Shown: positions 1-5,892 of the stretch, piece by piece
Layout: every line of letters starts with the position of its first letter
Position numbering within the stretch: position 1 is the stretch's first letter
IMG/VR virus record: IMGVR_UViG_3300033076_000563
Span: 1 to 26,237 of that record
DNA: 26,237 bases
Origin: a virus
Taxonomy: Duplodnaviria > Caudoviricetes
Direction: 5' to 3' (one strand)
Position numbers and translations under genes: made by a program
The notes under the pieces: generated by a model
Told to the model about the DNA's origin: nothing
Databases searched by the model: none
Seen by the model: only the letters and a program-made list of their open reading frames with translations

Positions 1-62
1 ATGTCGGAAAGCCGACAATAAGCTCCATCTATGGGGCTATCGTTAAATTGATTTAATCCAGG

Positions 63-90
63 GGAACCTTTCCAGGAACATACCCTCTAA
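63..90 (+). promoter_or_regulatory. sigmaE/AlgU-type (ECF) promoter
   Basis: GGAACCT (63-69), 16-nt spacer, TCTAA (86-90); fits the RpoE/AlgU consensus GAACTT-N16-TCnaA. Confidence 0.6.
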
Positions 91-172
91 TGGGTATCAG
101 GACAACAACGGGGACACACAAGCTAGGGTAGCAAGGGGCAGGTTAGCATCCTGCAAGATTCTCGGATTCTCG

Positions 173-200
173 GGAACCTTTCACCAGGTAGACTGTCAAA
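173..200 (+). promoter_or_regulatory. sigmaE/AlgU-type (ECF) promoter
   Basis: GGAACCT (173-179), 16-nt spacer, TCAAA (196-200, preceded by G). Confidence 0.65.
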
Positions 201-444
201 GGTAGTAGAAGGCAAGATTTCCCGACAATGGTCGGGCGCATGGTAGGCGGGAACATTCGCTGGCGGTCCATGCGGGCTCTTTAGGGCGGGTATCCGCCAA
301 GCAGGTTTGTACCTGCTACAACCTGGAGCAATACCGGTGCGTCCATTGGGGGGATTCCAGCCCCATGCGGGTTAAACGGATTTAACGCCGTTACCTGTAT
401 CGGGCTGGAATTCACCAGCAACCCTAACATAGGAGATTGCAACA

Positions 445-1206
445 ATGGACAACATGCATCAAAACGTGGAAGTCACGCCAATGGCGAAAGCCACGGCTCT
501 TTTCACCGGAATCAGCACTCCGGAAGGAGCATACACTGCGGGAGCGGCGGAAGGTAAGACTTTCGCGAATGCCTCGGAGCGGCTTCGCTCCGCCGTGATG
601 GTGGCGATGGATCAGCCCGAGAACATCCGGGACGAATTCTGCCGTGGTCTAGTGGACGGGCTAAAGTCCGGCGGTCCGACGGGCAAAGTGTACGCCAGCG
701 TGTTCAATCGTATCATCGCAAACATCAAGGGCGGGCACCTGGACAACGTGAAAAAAACCTTGAGCAATCCTGGCGGAATCACGGAACAGGTGAAATCCCT
801 GCCCCTGGGTGCCGACGGACAGCCGCGCAAGACACGACTGTCCAAGGCTACCACTGCCACTCCCAATGCAATTCCGGGAGAACAGCCCAAGGTCGGCCAG
901 AGCGAAAAGTTTGTGTTCAGCTTCGGCGCGTCCTACGTCGACGGAAAGATCAGCTATACGTCGCAGTTCAAGAAGGACGGGCTGTTGAAGGACGATCTGA
1001 TCGGGGCCGCAGTGGAGTTCCTCAAACTCCTCAAAGAGTCGGCCAGTCTGTCGCCGCGGACGATGGAAGCGATCTACACGGCCATCGCGGAAGAAGCGAT
1101 TGCGGTTAGCGATCACTTCGCCAGCCTCAAGGCGGAGCAGAAGGCAATCGAGGGCGAATCCGCGCCCGTCGAAGAAGTGACCGAGATGCACAAAGAGGCG
1201 GCGTAA
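445..1206 (+). CDS. Hypothetical early protein, 253 aa
   Basis: Long GC-rich ORF with an AGGAG ribosome-binding site upstream; no motif recognised. Confidence 0.85.
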   Translation: MDNMHQNVEVTPMAKATALFTGISTPEGAYTAGAAEGKTFANASERLRSAVMVAMDQPENIRDEFCRGLVDGLKSGGPTGKVYASVFNRIIANIKGGHLDNVKKTLSNPGGITEQVKSLPLGADGQPRKTRLSKATTATPNAIPGEQPKVGQSEKFVFSFGASYVDGKISYTSQFKKDGLLKDDLIGAAVEFLKLLKESASLSPRTMEAIYTAIAEEAIAVSDHFASLKAEQKAIEGESAPVEEVTEMHKEAA

Positions 1207-1299
1207 TGCCTCTAGTTGGAGTCTCCCCAGTAGACGCACCGGCGGTTATATCTGTTTAACGGTGCGGGAATGTCTCCCGCCGTTAACCGGAGAAATACC

Positions 1300-1575
1300 A
1301 TGATTCGCGGATTGTTTGTAGTGGAGGATAAGGTTCTGTCCTGGGATGTGTTGGATGCTGAAACGGTCAAGTACACCGTTCAGGACAGTCTCTCAGGCAT
1401 GATCGCAGAAGTTCAATGCTCGGCCCAGATTTTCGGGCTGGCGATGGCGATCTGCATCGGGGATTGGGATGCACTCCCGTTCGACGAGTCGGATATGGTG
1501 GTCGGAACGGTCAATGAAATCATGCCCAAGGATGAGAAGGGGCGGCCCATCATGGAACTTCGCTGGATTCCGTAG
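1300..1575 (+). CDS. Hypothetical early protein, about 91 aa
   Basis: ORF 1270..1575; GGAG precedes the ATG at 1300, taken as the likely start. Confidence 0.75.
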   Translation: MIRGLFVVEDKVLSWDVLDAETVKYTVQDSLSGMIAEVQCSAQIFGLAMAICIGDWDALPFDESDMVVGTVNEIMPKDEKGRPIMELRWIP

Positions 1576-1673
1576 CAATCGGACGGCGCCCATTGGTGAC
1601 AGTGGGCACCGTTAAACGGGTATAACCGATATGAAGCGGGAACGGCAATCTTCGATTGCTCACCCGCGAAGCG

Positions 1674-1701
1674 GGAACTTTTTCCAGGATAAGCTGTCTA
1701 A
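1674..1701 (+). promoter_or_regulatory. sigmaE/AlgU-type (ECF) promoter just upstream of the hammerhead
   Basis: GGAACTT (1674-1680), 16-nt spacer, TCTAA (1697-1701, preceded by G). Confidence 0.7.
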
Positions 1702-1720
1702 TCTTTATAGCGGGAAGAAT

Positions 1721-1779
1721 CGCGTTCTGATGAGCCCGATGGGGCGAAACGGGTTAAATCTGTATAACCCGTAAACGCG
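1721..1779 (+). ncRNA. Type I hammerhead ribozyme
   Basis: Stem I CGCGTT (1721-26)/AACGCG (1774-79); core CTGATGA (1727-33); stem II GCCC-gatg-GGGC (1734-45); GAAA (1746-49); stem III ACGGGTTA (1749-56)/TAACCCGT (1765-72); GUA cleavage triplet ending at 1773. Confidence 0.93.
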
Positions 1780-1860
1780 GAGCAGCCCAAGGGCATGGGT
1801 ACGGGTATGTGCGAATTAGCCATAGCACACAAAGCTCGCCGGAAGTGCGTAACCGGCATT

Positions 1861-2000
1861 TATACCGATTTAACCGGCTCCGCCGCACAACGAATCCGCA
1901 GGATATGTGGATTGTAATCGACGGCCCAATGTGTACCGGGCGTGAAATGCGGTAGCAATTGGGCGTCAGCCCGCGAAAGGGGGCCGGTTAAATGGGTATA
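1861..2000 (+). ncRNA. Putative structured RNA (multi-stem junction), family unknown
   Basis: Closing helix 1861-1881/1980-2000 (19 Watson-Crick, 1 G-U, 1 mismatch) encloses a hairpin at 1893-1913 and an interrupted hairpin at 1920-1967; no convincing ORF. Confidence 0.5.
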
Positions 2001-2204
2001 ATCGGATGTAACGCGTAGGAGAGCGCGAGGATAGGCGCTTTAGTAGCACCGGACTGATAAACCGATAAGCTACCGGATGAGGTTTGTCCGAAATGAAATC
2101 CGCGGAACCCCAACCACAGAAAAATGGGGCGTGTCCAAGCCGGGCACGGATAGGGTTATATCCGTATAATCTTATCCGTACCCGGTTAATCGGGTCAAAA
2201 ACTT

Positions 2205-2234
2205 GCCTGGATGGTGAAATTGGTAAACACAACG
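2205..2234 (+). pseudogene. 5' fragment of a canonical tRNA-Leu
   Basis: GCCTGGA-TG-GTG-AAATTGGTAAA-CAC-A-ACG gives the acceptor 5' strand, a Leu-type D arm and the start of an anticodon stem, then switches abruptly to AT-rich sequence. Confidence 0.7.
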
Positions 2235-2256
2235 TGTATTATATATGGTTTAATGG

Positions 2257-2285
2257 TTAACACAAATCGTTAAGTCATATATAAT
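2257..2285 (+). promoter_or_regulatory. sigma70-type promoter for tRNA-Leu/HNH
   Basis: TTAACA (2257-62), 17-nt spacer, TATAAT (2280-85), ending 9 nt before the tRNA. Confidence 0.6.
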
Positions 2286-2294
2286 ATAGTTAAT

Positions 2295-2380
2295 GCTCCC
2301 GTGATCTAGTGGCAAATAGGCACAGCCGGCGGACTTAAAATCCGTGATTTTTCCCGGTTCGACTCCGGGCGGGAGTACCA
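2295..2380 (+). tRNA. tRNA-Leu (anticodon UAA), atypical
   Basis: Acceptor GCTCCCG/CGGGAGT, discriminator A, encoded CCA; anticodon arm GCGGA-CT-TAA-AA-TCCGT; T arm CCCGG-TTCGACT-CCGGG; enlarged D region and only a 7-nt variable region. Confidence 0.85.
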
Positions 2381-2399
2381 AAATTAAAGGGATATAATA

Positions 2400-2819
2400 A
2401 TGAAAATATACGGACCATATTTAAGGAAAGATAAACGAAAGATGATGGTTATTGTACGAGATGATGGGAGTAAAACTTCCATATCTTATGCACGCCATCT
2501 AATGCAACAGCATTTAGGAAGGGTTTTAGAAAAACACGAGCATGTAGATCATATTAACGACGATCTAACAGACGATAGAATTGAGAATTTACAAATTCTA
2601 TCCCAAAAAGAAAACAATATAAAATCAGCTCGTAGAAATCCGAGAAAACTTTACAGCTTTTATTGCCCTTGTTGCGGCAAACCATCTGTAAAGTATTTAA
2701 ATGAAGTTAATAATAACCGAAAACGAGGAAGTGCTGGGCCATTTTGTTCCAGAAAATGTGCTGGTAAATTTATGTATAGGCGGGCCGTTAGCTCAGTTGG
2801 GAGAGCAGGCGACTCATAA
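2400..2819 (+). CDS. HNH homing endonuclease with C-terminal Cys motif
   Basis: HVDHINDDLTDDRIENLQIL..N is an HNH_3-type motif; CPCC...FCSRKC at the C terminus; free-standing between tRNA genes. Confidence 0.9.
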   Translation: MKIYGPYLRKDKRKMMVIVRDDGSKTSISYARHLMQQHLGRVLEKHEHVDHINDDLTDDRIENLQILSQKENNIKSARRNPRKLYSFYCPCCGKPSVKYLNEVNNNRKRGSAGPFCSRKCAGKFMYRRAVSSVGRAGDS

Positions 2820-2857
2820 TCGCTTGGTCGCTGGTTCAAGTCCAGCACGGCCCACCA
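2782..2857 (+). tRNA. tRNA-Ile2 (anticodon CAU, lysidine type)
   Basis: 76-nt cloverleaf with CCA; the body GGCGACTCATAATCGCTTGGTCGCTGGTTCAAGTCCAGCA is ileX-like rather than elongator or initiator Met-like. Confidence 0.9.
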
Positions 2858-2885
2858 ACCAATCATAGGAGATTTTAAGCAGTAG

Positions 2886-3134
2886 ATGAAAACACCAACA
2901 TTCGGACATAAACAACTTGTATACATTTACAATCTTGCAGTAGAAGAATGGCAAATGTATAGTCAATGTAGAGATTTGCCTGATCCTCATTTTGCAATGG
3001 ATCATTTTTCTAGGTGCGAAGCTTATGTTGATATGTTGGAAAACATAACCGTATTCCATACGGGTATGGGCTTAGATTTACGTCGAAACGGACTTAAGGA
3101 TAGATTAAACAGCTTTAACGGTTTTGCCAAGTGA
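2886..3134 (+). CDS. Hypothetical protein, 82 aa
   Basis: ORF following the tRNA; AGGAG upstream but rather distant. Confidence 0.65.
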   Translation: MKTPTFGHKQLVYIYNLAVEEWQMYSQCRDLPDPHFAMDHFSRCEAYVDMLENITVFHTGMGLDLRRNGLKDRLNSFNGFAK

Positions 3135-3167
3135 CCGGGAATACTTGGCGCTAGATGGAGATAATCC

Positions 3168-3359
3168 ATGAACAACGAACAGTTGTGTAAGCTAGTGCAG
3201 GCGGAATACCGGGCGGCTAAGATTCGCCTGAATTCCATTCACCTGGGAATGAAGCGATTCCCGCACCTGCGCGCCGATCAGGTTGTGGAGCGCGATCAAC
3301 GGATGGTTTCCAAATGGAGGAAACAACAGGAGGCAAAGGCAGAACATGGCATTCGGTAG
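3168..3359 (+). CDS. Hypothetical basic protein, 63 aa
   Basis: GGAG ribosome-binding site; overlaps the start of the next gene. Confidence 0.7.
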   Translation: MNNEQLCKLVQAEYRAAKIRLNSIHLGMKRFPHLRADQVVERDQRMVSKWRKQQEAKAEHGIR

Positions 3360-3570
3360 ATATACCGGGTACACTCCGGCCCAATGTCGCTCCGCGTATC
3401 CGGGCCAGGGCAAGGCATTTCGGAATCCCGAGCTTGTCGCAATGGATAAAGAGCGGGAATTCCGGGCAAATATCCAGGAGATTGCGGCTGTGGAGAAGTC
3501 TCTTGGGCTTGACAAACCCAAAAAGAAGGGGGTGGAATACCGGAGATACGGACGGGTTTACAAGAAGTAG
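3346..3570 (+). CDS. Hypothetical basic protein, about 74 aa (MAFGRYTGY...)
   Basis: In-frame ATG at 3346 within ORF 3283..3570; ends just before a terminator. Confidence 0.65.
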   Translation: MAFGRYTGYTPAQCRSAYPGQGKAFRNPELVAMDKEREFRANIQEIAAVEKSLGLDKPKKKGVEYRRYGRVYKK

Positions 3571-3588
3571 TTGCCATTAAATCTGTAT

Positions 3589-3622
3589 AACGGCTGCCCT
3601 TTATCGGGTGGCCGTTTTTTTT
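3589..3622 (+). terminator. Rho-independent terminator closing the early region
   Basis: AACGGCTGCCC/GGGTGGCCGTT stem followed by a long T run. Confidence 0.85.
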
Positions 3623-3632
3623 GGAGAAATAA

Positions 3633-3860
3633 ATGAAACAACTTACTGTCCAGGAAGCACTTGAGTTTTATAAATCTGAAAAATGGAAAACAATGTCACA
3701 AAAAGAAATTGCTCTTTTTCAAATGCAACAAGAGATGTGTTGTATTCCTTTTAGAGTTTTTCACAAAGCTGTTGAGGATACTGTGGGACATGCTGTTCTC
3801 ACACATGAGTTACATAAAAATCACGACATTCTTTTGAAAGAAATAAAGGAAGCGAAATGA
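3633..3860 (+). CDS. Hypothetical phage protein, 75 aa
   Basis: GGAG ribosome-binding site; ATGA coupling to the next gene. Confidence 0.8.
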   Translation: MKQLTVQEALEFYKSEKWKTMSQKEIALFQMQQEMCCIPFRVFHKAVEDTVGHAVLTHELHKNHDILLKEIKEAK

Positions 3861-4066
3861 ACATCGGGGCAACTATGGTTGTGGATTTTTATCCGGAATA
3901 TGGACTTCCAACACAATACTATCATACCACATGGGGAAAAGAGACACGCGAAGAAGCATTAAATAGAATTAAAAATCAAGAATACGGCTATGCTGTTCGC
4001 GATATTAGTATTATTCCTGATTTTGATCCTAATTCTTCAATTCCGCAGGTAGGAAGCTATGTTTGA
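3857..4066 (+). CDS. Hypothetical protein, 69 aa
   Basis: AAGGA ribosome-binding site and ATGA overlap with the previous gene. Confidence 0.7.
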   Translation: MNIGATMVVDFYPEYGLPTQYYHTTWGKETREEALNRIKNQEYGYAVRDISIIPDFDPNSSIPQVGSYV

Positions 4067-4104
4067 ATCCTTTCCGAAGATTCCAAGGCTTGAGAACGAG
4101 AGCA

Positions 4105-4737
4105 ATGAAACTAGCCGTTCTTGATTACAATACAAAGGGATATAATGTACTCAAAGGTTTTTCATTCGTTGCGTGTAGGGACTTGGAAGATGTTGAACGA
4201 GCCAAGCCCGATGCCATTCTATTTGCTGGTGGTGTGGACATTAATCCTGCTATATATCATTCCGTAGCGTCTAGTTACACAGAACGTCCGGATAAGAAAC
4301 GAGATGAATTTGAACTTGAGGTAATTAAACGCTATCCAAAACTCCCAAAGATATGTATCTGCCGAGGAATGCAACTAATGTGGGCCGCGGCTGGTGGGAA
4401 ACTCATTCAGCATGTCGATGGACACCTAGTATCTCATATGATTGACACCTACGATAGTGGCTGCATTCCGAGTAATAGTGCCCACCATCAAATGGTTTTA
4501 GTTCCAGAAAAAGATACTTTATGTGAAGTGCTGGCAAAAACAAGCCATAAGCTATCCGACCCGTATAAAGGATATTTATTGGAGGATGATTTAGTTATAA
4601 AAGATGTTGATGAAGTGGAGTCTATTTACATTCCTTCTTTTAACGCTTTTTGTATACAAGGACACCCAGAATGGCTACCGTTCAATCATCCGCTGAATCT
4701 GTGGGTAAACAAGCAAATAAAAAAATATCTTATTTAA
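4105..4737 (+). CDS. Class I glutamine amidotransferase / peptidase C26 (gamma-glutamyl hydrolase-like)
   Basis: GGVDINP, nucleophile ICRGMQ, HHQ and QGHPE motifs. Start is the ATG at 4105 or the TTG at 4063. Confidence 0.92.
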   Translation: MKLAVLDYNTKGYNVLKGFSFVACRDLEDVERAKPDAILFAGGVDINPAIYHSVASSYTERPDKKRDEFELEVIKRYPKLPKICICRGMQLMWAAAGGKLIQHVDGHLVSHMIDTYDSGCIPSNSAHHQMVLVPEKDTLCEVLAKTSHKLSDPYKGYLLEDDLVIKDVDEVESIYIPSFNAFCIQGHPEWLPFNHPLNLWVNKQIKKYLI

Positions 4738-5051
4738 ATCTAGATAGTGAACTTCCTGAGCATAATTTACTATTTGACTATGAGGAAATGCCAAATACAT
4801 GCTCAATGGCGGAATTAACTTTACAGCAGATTTCATGGTTACATGATTTCGATATAAATAAAATAGATTTTACACATTATGAATTAAGAAAAAGTAATCA
4901 CAAATATAAGGCTATTCTTTATAATTGCGATATGCCTCTGGATCATAGTATTCATGGGTTTTTTATCCGTTCAGGATTTACTCGTGTATTTGACTACTAC
5001 GGAAACGAGAAAAAACGTGTTTATGTTTATATTAGGAGAACTGGAAAATGA
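4650..5051 (+). CDS. Hypothetical protein (start uncertain)
   Basis: Fills the gap in the operon; ATGA coupling to the next gene. Confidence 0.55.
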   Translation: MYTRTPRMATVQSSAESVGKQANKKISYLNLDSELPEHNLLFDYEEMPNTCSMAELTLQQISWLHDFDINKIDFTHYELRKSNHKYKAILYNCDMPLDHSIHGFFIRSGFTRVFDYYGNEKKRVYVYIRRTGK

Positions 5052-5890
5052 AATTAAACGCTGTCGGTGCTGATGTTGAACTGTTTCTGCAAGATGAATA
5101 CGGAAATCCGATTACTGCGATTCGTAAGTTCGGAGGAACAAAACAGCGTCCCAAACAGATGTTTGGAATGCCTCCTGGATTCTTCATTCAGGAAGATAAT
5201 GTAATGGCGGAGTTCAACATACCGCCAGTAAATAATCCGGACGAATTCCACAACAATATTAAAAGTGCCGTAAACTGGATTGAAAATGTAGCGGCAGCAA
5301 AGGATTTACACATTAACATCGCATCGTTAATGCGATTTAAGCTCAAACAGTTGCAATCCACGCAAGCACAGCATGTAGGATGCGAGCCAGACTATAATGT
5401 TTGGACAATGTCAGAGAATCCTCGGGTAAATTCAGATAGTCTTAAAGATGTTCGTACTTGTGGCGGACATATACACATCACTACCGATGATCCTGATTTG
5501 TCTGTTAACGATACGTTAAATCTAATTAAGGCTTGTGATTTCACTATCGGAATTGCTTCTGTGTTTTGGGAATCTGATGCTAGTCGTAAGGAGCATGGTT
5601 ACGGTAAAGCTGGATCATTCCGATTCAAACAGTATGGACCGTCTATGTGGAAAGGGGTGGAATATCGTACCCCCTCGAATTATTGGGTAGCTGGCGAGTT
5701 TCCAAAACTAATTTTCCGTGAAGTGGAATCCGCAATTGCTTTAGCATCGAACAAAAATTTCCCGGATGTGGCTGAGCATTTTAAACTGGGAGTCATTAAC
5801 GCAATTAATAATCACATGAAAGACACAGCATTCTACATTCGTAAACAAATGCTTGGAATCTTCCCTAACGAATATTGTGCCAATATTTAA
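5048..5890 (+). CDS. phiEco32-like COOH.NH2 ligase type 2 (glutamine synthetase-like fold)
   Basis: GADVELFL, QEDNVMAEFNIPP, GCEPDYN, GGHIH, YGKAGSFR and GVEYRTPSNYW motifs. Confidence 0.92.
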   Translation: MKLNAVGADVELFLQDEYGNPITAIRKFGGTKQRPKQMFGMPPGFFIQEDNVMAEFNIPPVNNPDEFHNNIKSAVNWIENVAAAKDLHINIASLMRFKLKQLQSTQAQHVGCEPDYNVWTMSENPRVNSDSLKDVRTCGGHIHITTDDPDLSVNDTLNLIKACDFTIGIASVFWESDASRKEHGYGKAGSFRFKQYGPSMWKGVEYRTPSNYWVAGEFPKLIFREVESAIALASNKNFPDVAEHFKLGVINAINNHMKDTAFYIRKQMLGIFPNEYCANI

Positions 5891-5892
5891 TT

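Larger units (their letters stand above)
42..3591. repeat. Dispersed 16-bp imperfect palindrome RTTAWA-N4-TWTAAY, 10 copies
   Basis: Copies at 42 (gttaaa-ttga-tttaat), 371 (gttaaa-cgga-tttaac), 1245 (gttata-tctg-tttaac), 1611 (gttaaa-cggg-tataac), 1753 (gttaaa-tctg-tataac), 1859 (tttata-ccga-tttaac, one mismatch), 1987 (gttaaa-tggg-tataat), 2155 (gttata-tccg-tataat), 3104 (attaaa-cagc-tttaac) and 3576 (attaaa-tctg-tataac). Confidence 0.9.

Noticed and set aside
248-280. Further GGAAC sites (250, 1639, 2104) as ECF promoters
   Set aside because: None has a TCWAA-like -10 element at the 16-nt spacing.
661-1239. 192-aa minus-strand ORF
   Set aside because: Antisense shadow of the GC-rich 445-1206 gene; no ribosome-binding site or motif.
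1931-1956. Resemblance to the 16S rRNA segment GTGTAGCGGTGAAATGCGTAG
   Set aside because: Short, gapped match with no flanking rRNA similarity; likely chance.
2040-2095. Second hammerhead-like arrangement (gtagc/gctac, CGGATGA, gg/cc, GAAA)
   Set aside because: The core has G in place of the conserved U, stem II is only 2 bp and stem III does not pair.
2131-2147. Twister-like GTCCAAGCC segment
   Set aside because: It forms a simple hairpin; the other twister stems and pseudoknots could not be built.
1966-2232. 88-aa minus-strand ORF
   Set aside because: Runs against the direction of the region, across hairpins and the tRNA remnant; not protein-like.
2782-2857. tRNA-Met call for the CAT anticodon
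   Set aside because: The body is ileX-like and lacks initiator features such as the 1-72 mismatch and three G-C pairs in the anticodon stem.
42-3591. Palindrome as a CtrA box or CRISPR repeat
   Set aside because: TTAA half-sites are 6 nt apart rather than the 7 of CtrA boxes; spacing between copies is irregular and no cas genes are present.
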